DNA of 17,086 bases from positions 1-17,086 of the forward strand of contig JBDRBU010000054.1 in NCBI GenBank assembly GCA_043822305.1, written 5' to 3'. Made by a program: the position numbers and the translations under genes. Shown in pieces: positions 8,118 to 16,300 of this stretch (positions are counted from its first letter, which is position 1; each line of letters opens with the position of its first letter). The DNA is from Candidatus Firestoneibacteriota bacterium (GTDB taxonomy: Bacteria > Oederibacteriota > D2-FULL-39-29 > JBDRBU01). A model generated the notes under the pieces. That model was not told the DNA's origin and made no database searches. It saw only the letters and a program-made list of their open reading frames with translations.

Positions 8118-8918
8118 AAGCCTATAACTGGCCAATTTTTATTCTCCAAACAACAATCCTTGATATTCTTTTTGGTATTTAATATCCTCTTCAATAATTT
8201 TATTCCATAGTTCACTTGCTCCCGGGCTGTCCTTCATCATCGCATTATAAACTTCGGTGTCCTGAGTGTATATCCTAAATAATCTCTGCTCAATCTCAGT
8301 CTTAAGTAAGCCTTCTTCTATTGGGTAATATTTCATTACTAAATTCCATGCTTGGGCTTCTATCATATAAGCATAGTTTTCCGAATCAAAAAGTTGTGCC
8401 TGAAATTCTTCAAATGTTTGGACAGGATTTTGGGAATGCCAGTAATTATGTGCAACCTCGTGATAAAAGATAGGTATCCATAATTCCGTTTTTAAATTTA
8501 CTGAAGGATCGACATAAATACCTTTGGTTTTAACTCCATGGTACATAATAGTTTTTCCTTCCAACTCTTGAGAGATTTGATAAAGTTTGAATTTACCTTC
8601 CTGGTTTTGTTTTACAAAGAAATCATGGACTTCTTTTAACTCTTTTGGCGCTTCTTCTTTTATCGAATCTATCATATTCGCTGCCTTAGTTAACTCCTCT
8701 AAAGTTCTTTGCACATTCTGCACTTGAATTCTTTCTTTTTCCTTTTGGTTATAGGAGTAGCCAAAAATAAGAATGCCTCCTATCGTAAGAAGCACAAAAC
8801 AAATTAAAAGAATTTTTTTAGTCAATTTTATATAATTAAGTCTATTTTTATTATTACTAATTTTATTATAAGTTAGTTTGACTAAATTAAAAAAGCCTAT
8901 AACTGGCCAATTTTTATT
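8118..8918. repeat. Perfect 26-bp direct repeat at 8118-8143 and 8893-8918 flanking one gene
   Basis: AAGCCTATAACTGGCCAATTTTTATT occurs at both positions. Confidence 0.92.
8139..8825 (-). CDS. Membrane-anchored/secreted protein with HEXXH (zincin-like) motif
   Basis: Hydrophobic N-terminus (ILLICFVLLTIGGILIFGY), FYHEVAH and a downstream E (SENYAY); TTG start. Confidence 0.75.
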   Translation of the reverse strand: MTKKILLICFVLLTIGGILIFGYSYNQKEKERIQVQNVQRTLEELTKAANMIDSIKEEAPKELKEVHDFFVKQNQEGKFKLYQISQELEGKTIMYHGVKTKGIYVDPSVNLKTELWIPIFYHEVAHNYWHSQNPVQTFEEFQAQLFDSENYAYMIEAQAWNLVMKYYPIEEGLLKTEIEQRLFRIYTQDTEVYNAMMKDSPGASELWNKIIEEDIKYQKEYQGLLFGE

Positions 8919-8972
8919 TAAGATATAGTGAATAGTGGTATGGTAGGGATAAGGTATAATAAATCTATTAAC

Positions 8973-8981
8973 TGTGGATAA
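8973..8981 (-). promoter_or_regulatory. Perfect DnaA box (TTATCCACA)
   Basis: TGTGGATAA on the plus strand; single copy, between two GGTATAAT motifs (8953-8960 and 8999-9006). Confidence 0.45.
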
Positions 8982-8993
8982 CTTTTTTATTAG

Positions 8994-9170
8994 TTATTGG
9001 TATAATAAAAACAGGGTAATAGCCCTGTCTTCCGTGCCTTAGATAATATCTAAGGCCTTCTTTTTATTCTCAATTATCTTATTGAGAATAATCAAGAGTT
9101 TCCGTAGAATTATTTTTCTGTCGTTATCTAACAGATCATTCTCCTGCGGGCTCTTAAAATTTTCTGCCAT
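8994..9170 (-). CDS. Possible 58-aa ORF (MAENFKSPQENDLLDNDRKIILRKLLIILNKIIENKKEGLRYYLRHGRQGYYPVLLYQ)
   Basis: ATG at 9170, TAA at 8994; not in the supplied ORF track; overlaps the palindrome cluster, so it may be spurious or a remnant. Confidence 0.25.
8998..9065 (+). ncRNA. Candidate small structured RNA (extended -10, two hairpins, U tract)
   Basis: TGGTATAAT (8998-9006), ACAGGG-TAATAG-CCCTGT (9011-9028), GCCTTAGATA-A-TATCTAAGGC (9036-9056), CTTCTTTTT. Confidence 0.35.
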
Positions 9171-9410
9171 ATTATTTACTTTGTCATTTATATAGAGTTT
9201 ATTTTAGGAAACTCTATTTAATAACAGAGATCTCGACTTTTTTTTGATCTCTTGGTCCTAATTAGGACCTCCTACAAATTCCTGTTTGAACCAAGATAAG
9301 CCGAAAATATGGGTTTGGAAAGAAAAAGGCTATTGACCCTGTTCGACTTCATTTTATTATTTTGTTAAAAACGAGTCAAAACGATAGAATAGTAATTCCT
9401 CAAGTTTTAA

Positions 9411-9494
9411 TTATAATAGACCTCGTTTTAATATTTTGAGTTTTACTTTAACTTCATTTCAATTAATATTTCTAAATATATTCAATAATAGGAA
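9411..9494 (-). mobile_element. Candidate att site S2, degenerate (FLLLNIFRNIN*NEVKVKLK...)
   Basis: CAATTAATATTTCTAAATATATTC aligns with S1 CAATTAATAGTTCTAAACGCGTCC; peptide FRNIN*N versus FRTINWN; directly abuts promoter module copy 2. Confidence 0.5.
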
Positions 9495-9499
9495 CTCGT

Positions 9500-9534
9500 T
9501 TACCCGAGAGTTTTTCTCGGGTTTTTGGTATAAT
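9500..9534 (+). promoter_or_regulatory. Conserved hairpin + extended -10 module, copy 2
   Basis: ACCCGAGA-GTTTT-TCTCGGGT (9502-9522) then TGGTATAAT; ATG lies 6 nt after TATAAT. Confidence 0.8.
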
Positions 9535-9540
9535 AAACAT

Positions 9541-10044
9541 ATGAAAGAAAAAAATATTCTCGTAAGTCGTGCAATTAGTCGCGCGAATACAGGGCTTTAT
9601 TTTTTGAGAGAATGTCTGAGTAGGATACATAAGGGTGGAACAGATGCGGCCTTTTCTCGATCTATATATATTTTATTTTCTTTTAACTTCGAATTAATTT
9701 TAAAATCTAGAATAATTTTAAATCGGAGCGCTACAAATAAGAGAGATTTACTTAAGGGTATCAAGCACCATAATCTTGAAAAATTAGCCGAAGAGCTTCC
9801 AATCCAAGCATTAAAAGATATAGATATAAAAGATATTAAAATAAAGAAAGATACGGGTTTTATCGAATATAAAATAGAGACAGTTAATGGGCAAGAAATA
9901 ATCGTTCAAGATTTAATTGACGTTAGATATGATTTTATAAAAGACAATCTTCGCAATCAAGATGCCAAAGAATCAATGAGAATGAATAGCGAAATAGATA
10001 TTTTGTTAGAGATGGTTAAAAAAATAATGACTCTTAATAGTTAG
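9541..10044 (+). CDS. HEPN-like protein (167 aa; start re-assigned from 9436 to 9541)
   Basis: FELILKS...HHNLEKL...DVRY pattern typical of HEPN-fold proteins; the upstream extension only translates the promoter module. Confidence 0.65.
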   Translation: MKEKNILVSRAISRANTGLYFLRECLSRIHKGGTDAAFSRSIYILFSFNFELILKSRIILNRSATNKRDLLKGIKHHNLEKLAEELPIQALKDIDIKDIKIKKDTGFIEYKIETVNGQEIIVQDLIDVRYDFIKDNLRNQDAKESMRMNSEIDILLEMVKKIMTLNS

Positions 10045-10090
10045 ACCGAGACGCGTCAGTGGGGAAGTACAAAACAGTCTAAATCTCCCC

Positions 10091-10147
10091 TTAAAATATT
10101 GGTTCCAAGCCGAACAAGCAAGTTCTAACATCGTCCCATAGCGTCAG
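10091..10147 (-). mobile_element. Candidate att site S3 with tail LTLWDDVRTCLFGLEPIF*
   Basis: Plus strand 10122-10136 GTTCTAACATCGTCC is the exact reverse complement of 11644-11658; a GGGGA/TCCCC hairpin (10061-10090) follows the tail stop. Confidence 0.65.
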
Positions 10148-10165
10148 AGAAGTCGATTTTTTTTA

Positions 10166-10351
10166 ATGGATTATAAAAATATGATTTCAGAAAAAGCATT
10201 AGACGAATTTAAGAAAATTTATAAAAAAGAGGCCGGGGAGGAAATTTCTGACAGAGAAGCTTATGAAAAAGGAAATAATTTAGTTAATTTTTTTAGATTG
10301 CTTTATAAAATCGATAGAAGGAACAAGATTAAAAAAAAGAGTTTTAAGTAA
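10166..10351 (+). CDS. Small helical hypothetical protein (likely start 10181, MISEKALDEFKK...)
   Basis: Paralogous to 6956-7141 and 6859-6924; lies immediately after site S3. Confidence 0.75.
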   Translation: MDYKNMISEKALDEFKKIYKKEAGEEISDREAYEKGNNLVNFFRLLYKIDRRNKIKKKSFK

Positions 10352-10991
10352 TCCACTCAATATCATAACTATCAGAAAAATCATCGTGACCAAGTGTTGC
10401 CTTTTCATTTACCGCTAAGTTAAATAGCCTAATAAGCTCATTCTCTGCCTGATTCAACCTGAACCCTTTCCAATATGTACCCGTAAGAAGCTCAAGGTGG
10501 TTATTCAAATATGTATCTAAACAAACCTTACCATCTCCAGTTATCACGAAGAATTGATGTCTTTTGAGTGTAAACTTAATTTCGTTCGATTCTAACAACC
10601 AATGTAACTCATTAACTTTATACTTATTCTCCAAAGACGCTTTTCCTCCTAAAATAAATCCAATTGCATGTTTCTTTCCATCTTTATAGCGATTGAGTTC
10701 TTTTTCTATACTATTTTCTATAAAATCTTTAAAGTCATCGACTATTTGAAACTGGCTTTTTCCTTTCCACCTGTCTAAAGCCTCATACTCCGAGCAATAA
10801 ACTCTCCAGTCTTTATTATCAATTCTGTTAATCCCATGATTAAGTATCATGTAAGGGATTTGTTGAAATTTATATATTTTATTATGAGTATCCTCAAACT
10901 TAACTGAACCACTACTACTGATAATTTTGTATCTCTTATCAGCACAAACACACATTCCATTTTTACATATAGCTGTAAGGATTAAAGTCAT
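10344..10991 (-). CDS. Ntn-hydrolase / proteasome beta-subunit-like protein
   Basis: M-T N-terminal nucleophile, TLILTAICKNGMCVCADKR (ADxR), a KI motif near residue 38 and a GDG motif; 3 bp downstream of the HEPN-like gene. Confidence 0.65.
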   Translation of the reverse strand: MTLILTAICKNGMCVCADKRYKIISSSGSVKFEDTHNKIYKFQQIPYMILNHGINRIDNKDWRVYCSEYEALDRWKGKSQFQIVDDFKDFIENSIEKELNRYKDGKKHAIGFILGGKASLENKYKVNELHWLLESNEIKFTLKRHQFFVITGDGKVCLDTYLNNHLELLTGTYWKGFRLNQAENELIRLFNLAVNEKATLGHDDFSDSYDIEWIT

Positions 10992-10994
10992 TGT

Positions 10995-11582
10995 TTATAT
11001 TCTACTTTTTACTTTATTACTCCCTTGGAGAGAATTTATTTTTTCGTTAAGCTTCTTATAAGAAATGTCTTTTGCTTTTTTTAAAAAATCAATTATTTCA
11101 TCCGTATAGTGTATGTGCACGAAAAGAGCCATATCTTTTTTTCTAGCTATTAATCCAAACCTAACAGATTCGCTATCTTTAAAACAACAAACTTTTTCCT
11201 CATTAAAAATCAATCTGTAGTCATGAAGAGTGCCATTATTTACTTCTTTAATTTCTTTAATTCCAAAATAGTCTTTTATTCCATTTTCTTCTATCAGCCT
11301 GCTAATACTGTGACCAAAGAATTTTAATTTTTTTATAGTCATCGCTTCAATATCTTCTTCTGTGTCAATATCCGTAGTCTCTACAAAATCAGCTGCTATA
11401 ATGACCTTTAAAAATAATTCTAAGGAGGTAGTTGCTAAGAGACAAAAAGCATATAAGTCTCTTTCAGGCTTATTTTCTTTATAAAGATTTTCGATAGTTT
11501 CAAAATATCTGCTTGCCATAGTCCATAGAACGAATATATTCTCTGTAAGAAAGGTTCTTTTTTTCTCATTTTCCTTTTTCAT
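10995..11582 (-). CDS. HEPN-like protein (distant paralogue of 9541-10044)
   Basis: LELFLKV...FGHSISRL...SVRF pattern; preceded by the same promoter module at the same spacing. Confidence 0.65.
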   Translation of the reverse strand: MKKENEKKRTFLTENIFVLWTMASRYFETIENLYKENKPERDLYAFCLLATTSLELFLKVIIAADFVETTDIDTEEDIEAMTIKKLKFFGHSISRLIEENGIKDYFGIKEIKEVNNGTLHDYRLIFNEEKVCCFKDSESVRFGLIARKKDMALFVHIHYTDEIIDFLKKAKDISYKKLNEKINSLQGSNKVKSRI

Positions 11583-11588
11583 AGCTTT

Positions 11589-11623
11589 ATTATACCAAAA
11601 ACCCGAGATAGATTCTCAGGCAA
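11589..11623 (-). promoter_or_regulatory. Conserved hairpin + extended -10 module, copy 3
   Basis: Minus strand TTGCCTGAGAATCTATCTCGGGTTTTTGGTATAAT, then 6 nt, then ATG at 11582. Confidence 0.8.
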
Positions 11624-11632
11624 GATAGGTAT

Positions 11633-11674
11633 TTCCCCTGGCTGGACGATGTTAGAACCTGTTTTATAAATTAA
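11633..11674 (+). mobile_element. Candidate att site S4 with tail FPWLDDVRTCFIN*
   Basis: Minus strand GTTCTAACATCGTCC-AGCCAGGGGA, 10 nt upstream of promoter module copy 3; the tail is followed by a terminator. Confidence 0.65.
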
Positions 11675-11680
11675 AAACTA

Positions 11681-11711
11681 AAAACAGCGTGCAATAATAC
11701 ACGCTGCTTTT
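11681..11711. terminator. Bidirectional intrinsic terminator
   Basis: CAGCGTG-CAATAATA-CACGCTG with flanking A and T runs, between the S4 tail and the cohesin-like gene stop. Confidence 0.7.
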
Positions 11712-11730
11712 ATATTCTACTTAGTTAAGT

Positions 11731-12483
11731 CTATTTCCTTTTTTTCTTTATAAAATAATAAACAACATATCCAATACCAATAATAAAGATCAATATTGGC
11801 CAAAAGTAACCAGAAGCAAATAATAAGAAGCTGGCCGTCTCAGTATTAGCAAGAGAAGCTTGCTGATCTTCTGCTGATGGTTCGTTATTAACATCAACTA
11901 TCTCTTGAGCTGGAGTTTCAATTTGCTGAACTTCTGGCTGTGTTATTTGTTGGGTTGTTTCAGGTGTTGGAGTTGGTGTTGGAGTTGGTGTTGGTGTAGA
12001 AACTGGTGTCGGTGTAGGTATCGAAACAGCATTAATCGTATAATTTCCGCTTATTGAAGCTGAGCCGACTGATGCTCCCTCGCCTATTATATCAACTCCT
12101 GTAGCACTAATAGAGGCTGTACCAGCACTTCCTGCCTTAACTGATAATGTTAGTAATGTCTTATCTGATATAGTGCAATTTGGTATGCCAATTAAGAAAT
12201 AGGGATTCGAACAGGTCGGCGAAGATTGTGCCATAACGTCACTTGCCACGGTTATACTTTGGCAAGATAAATTATTAAAAACTAATGTCCCCTCAACTGC
12301 ACAAATCTTGTTTCCCGATGCATTAAATCCTACAGATATACTAAAAGTGTTCCCAACTGTTTTGATTAAACTTGCCGGGGAAACATATAAAGAAGACCCT
12401 ATAGCGTTTGCTGTACCGACAAAACTAATAACCGATAAAAAAATAATTGCTGATAATATAATTTTTGTTTTAATATTTTTCAT
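11731..12483 (-). CDS. Cohesin-like domain surface protein with Pro/Thr linker and C-terminal TM anchor (likely start 12483)
   Basis: Signal peptide; SLYVSPAS...VGNTFSISV...AVEGTLVF beta-sandwich pattern; (PT)n repeat; hydrophobic C-terminus followed by KKKRK. Confidence 0.7.
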   Translation of the reverse strand: MKNIKTKIILSAIIFLSVISFVGTANAIGSSLYVSPASLIKTVGNTFSISVGFNASGNKICAVEGTLVFNNLSCQSITVASDVMAQSSPTCSNPYFLIGIPNCTISDKTLLTLSVKAGSAGTASISATGVDIIGEGASVGSASISGNYTINAVSIPTPTPVSTPTPTPTPTPTPETTQQITQPEVQQIETPAQEIVDVNNEPSAEDQQASLANTETASFLLFASGYFWPILIFIIGIGYVVYYFIKKKRK

Positions 12484-12500
12484 ATTTATATTTATATTTT

Positions 12501-13262
12501 TTATAATCCCCATTTTGACATTAATAAAGAGAAATCATATTTATCAACTTTTCCATCGCCATTAAAATCGCAAACATTTATTCCTGTCTTACCCCAATTA
12601 GCCATTATCAAAGAAAAATCATATTTATCAACCTTACTATCGCCATTAGCATCGCCTGTTTTAGTTATTATTGACGTAACTAGTGGTGTTATAGATGGAG
12701 CTCCTCCTCCACCACCGCCACCTCCTCCTCCACCACCAGTTGAATCGGCGACACAAGTATTCCCACTCTGATGGTATCCGCTATTACAACTCATCCAAGT
12801 ACAATCTCCCCAAATGCTACCATTCCAAACTTGGCTTCCTGTCCCATTTGTTATGTCACAAGATTGAACAGTCATAAAGTATATATCTTTATTTATTGTT
12901 GTGCCTGCTTGAAAACCATCTGTATATTTTATTTCGTTTCCTCCAGTTAATGAATTTGCGGCATCAGATAAAAGATATTTAAATAAAATGTCGCCATCAC
13001 AACTTAATATTAATAATTTTATCTTCATCGAATCAGCATATCCATAAATTCCACTCTCTGACATTGTAACTTCACCAATTAATGAACTACCACAAAAGGC
13101 TTCTATTTTTGTTCCACTCGATAGTGGTTGGCCATCTATTGTTGCTGTACCCCAAAAAGCCATCGGAAAAGATGGAAAAGCATTACTAGCTAAAGATAAA
13201 GTTGGTAATAACCAAAATCCCAATACAAGAAGTGATAATTTTATTATTTTTAATTTCATCAT
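12501..13262 (-). CDS. Secreted dockerin type I domain protein
   Basis: Signal peptide; Cys-rich segment; poly-Gly linker; duplicated Ca-binding repeats GDANGDSKVDKYDFSLIM and CDFNGDGKVDKYDFSLLM. Confidence 0.85.
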   Translation of the reverse strand: MMKLKIIKLSLLVLGFWLLPTLSLASNAFPSFPMAFWGTATIDGQPLSSGTKIEAFCGSSLIGEVTMSESGIYGYADSMKIKLLILSCDGDILFKYLLSDAANSLTGGNEIKYTDGFQAGTTINKDIYFMTVQSCDITNGTGSQVWNGSIWGDCTWMSCNSGYHQSGNTCVADSTGGGGGGGGGGGGAPSITPLVTSIITKTGDANGDSKVDKYDFSLIMANWGKTGINVCDFNGDGKVDKYDFSLLMSKWGL

Positions 13263-13325
13263 CGAAAAAAATATCGAATAAATTTAGTTGGCAATCTCCA
13301 GGTTATGAATAAATAAACTAACCTA

Positions 13326-16300
13326 TTATGAAGGATTAACAAAATACAATCCATTAACCGGTAAGCCGCTGGTTAAAGCATTGCTTACATTGACTATGCC
13401 ATCGTTCCAGAGAGTAGAATTGATCTTCAATGCAAATGAATCACCATCATTCTCGAAGTCAGTTAAAGTACATTCTACGTAATAGTTTCTGGTTGTTCCA
13501 GCAGGAATGGTATCAGTAATTTGAACTGCAGAAGTAGCACCAACAGTCAATACTTCAGCACCGCTTGATATACCGACTAAAGCGTCAGTGTCTGCTCTGT
13601 AGACGGTTATTGTGTCGGTAGTGGTATCATTGTCATTTTGAGAACCAAGAACTGTGAAGGTGATTGAATCACCAGTTGTGAAGATCACATCTCCCTTAGC
13701 GTCAGCAGTGATATTGAAGTCCAAAACTCTCATTGTTCCAGCAACCAAAGTTCCAGAAGGAGTACCAGTAGACAAAGCAAATGTAGGCTTAGTCTTAGCA
13801 AGAGTCATCTCGTTAAAGTTTATAGCAGTTTCTGGGTTTGGAGAGCCAGCAACTGATGTTACGGTAGCGCCAGAAGATGCTCCGACAGCTTTAATCCCAG
13901 CCGCAGATAAATTGGCTGCACCAGTAATATCGGTAAGATAGAATCTTGGAGTGTGGTTAGAGGTTGCACCTTCAGATATACCGTTTAGATCAACCTTAAG
14001 AGTTAATGTTACGCTGCCATCTTTAGGAACTTGAACACCGGATATGTAGAATGTGTGGGCTACATCAGCACCTGAACTATCTCCTGTTAAATAACCAGGA
14101 GCACTAACTTCAGTTGAGCCATTGTATAAATGAATAGCTTCAATGTCGGGAACATTATTAATTCCGTCTGTCTGTAAATAAATATTTAAGGCTTCTAAGT
14201 TTATAGCTTCATTGGTAGCAGTGAATCTAATCTTATTAAATACAACACCATCAACTCCGCTGGCTCCGACAGCTACGTTAGCAGCAACTGGAGTGTCAGA
14301 AGCGACAGCTACGGCTAAAGTGCCGGCACTCACCAAGGTAATCACACCACTGTTAGCGGTATCTGTACCAGTACCGTAAATAGTAATGTAGGAAGATAAA
14401 CCTGTTCCAATAACATCTGTGGTTCCAGTAAGATCAGCTATACCAGTAGCAATTCCTACATTACTTCCGACTAAAATATTACCCTTCAAAGTTAAAACTT
14501 TTTGGGTTGCTTTAGGAATAATTACTGAAAGACCAGCAAACTGAACAGTGGTAATAGAACCTGAATCGGTAAACGCAGATATAACAGTACCAACTTGAGT
14601 GGCACCATCGTAAAGCTTTAAAGAACCGATATAGTAATCTGTAGCTCCACTATAAGTTAATTCAGTATCAGAACCAGTAGTGAACTTAATAGAACTGACT
14701 CTTATGTCTTCATCAGCTCCACCGGTCAATACTACTTTAGCTAATTCAGCGTTAGCAGTATTAATAATTTGGGTTGTGGAATCAAGAGATAAAAATGAAA
14801 CGGTTAAGGTCCCTGGCAATAAAGCAGTCATGTTCTGTCCAAGAGCGTCAACTCCAGGATCAGCGACAACTGCACCAGAAGAAACACCAGTAGCATATAT
14901 GTCTGCATCGATTGCTATTGAAGCAGTATAAGTATCCCATCTATTTGCACTTACTGTGTCTGAAGGAATATCAGAAGTAACTTTTAATGTTTTAATAACA
15001 TCCTTAGCTAAAGTTAAGTTAATGCTAAAAGCAGCTGTTGAGGTTGGAGAAGAAACAGTTGAACCCAACTGTGTAGCTCCATCCCAAAGCTTAACATTTA
15101 CAAAATCAGCTGCCTGAGCAACATTACTTTGGTCTGCCGCATCATAGAGATTAACAACTACAGAAGAAAGAATTATGTCTTCTCTTGAAGCAGTAAAATC
15201 AACTGCTAAGAATTCGAAATCAGTTGTTCCAGGAGCAACAGCTTGAGTAGTAGGAGTACTTGAACTAGTAGCCATTGCTATAGTGCCAACAGAAGCATTA
15301 GCAGTGTGGTTTGTTACTTCACCTAATGTATCAACCGCGGAAATATTTATAATTTCACTAACTAAATTACCCTGAGATAAAATACCGTCAACCTTAACCT
15401 CATTCACATAAATACCAATAGTTGTATAACTGGCAGAATTAGGAATATCAGCTCTGACATGAATTACAACATGATTAGATTTAACAACATCAAATATTCC
15501 AGAATCAAGTCCAATAGAATCTGCACCAAAAGTGGCTGTAGTACCAACAAAGTTGGTAGCTGAATCAATTAGAATTTCTACTCCAGTTGCTTCGTCATAC
15601 CTATATAAAGCCAAGTTATTTATATCTGTTGTACCAGCACCAGTACCGCCTAAGCTTAATTTCAATCTGGAGACTCTTAAATTTTCTTCAGGACCAGCAG
15701 TAAAACGAAAGGCGGAAAGTAATTGTCCAGATGTTCCATTAACAAAAGACTTAGCTGAAGGATTAGTTGCTCCGTCTAAGGTAATAGTCATACCAGAGCT
15801 TTGGCTAATAACTCCAAAGTTTGCAGTGATATTAATATCTGCAGTTACATTGGTGTCAGTTCTTGGATTGACTGTTAATTCATCGCTCCAATTTACAAAA
15901 TGGTGACCGGAAGCTGGTACGGCAGTTACAGTTGTTCCATTTAAACCAGATGGTACTATTTGCGATGAAGTTCCAGTGATAGAACCATTAGCTCCTGCAG
16001 TATAAGTTAAAGTGTATTGAATGGGTAAAGAAAGATTTTGAGAGCCAATATAATTATCTGTCGTACTTGTCACAAAAATTCCATAACCTTTTAATTCCCT
16101 AAAATCATTTAAAGAATTAACATCAGACGCTATTTTAGAAAGCCAATTATTACTTATGGCTGGTGAGTCTAAACTTGTATTACCATTTGTGAAATCAATT
16201 ACCTGTCCAATTGAACCGGTTATAGAACTCAAAATATTGCTTGGATTATTAATATCGGCATTGGTTGAATTTTGAGGCAAAGCATAGCTTGGCGAAGCTA

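Noticed and set aside
8950..9010. Chromosomal oriC
   Set aside because: A single DnaA box and no dnaA, dnaN or other housekeeping context.
9459..9461. TGA aligned to Trp in the S2 tail as evidence of a recoded genetic code
   Set aside because: TGA serves as a normal stop in ATGA-coupled genes (403, 5007, 5567); a TGG>TGA decay mutation is simpler.
9436..9540. N-terminal extension of the 202-aa ORF from the TTG at 9436
   Set aside because: It translates site S2 and the promoter module; ATG 9541 has the same spacing to TATAAT as the paralogue at 11582.
11955..12740. GGAGTTGGTGTT and CCTCCTCCA low-complexity repeats
   Set aside because: Explained by the Pro/Thr and poly-Gly linker codons of the surface proteins.
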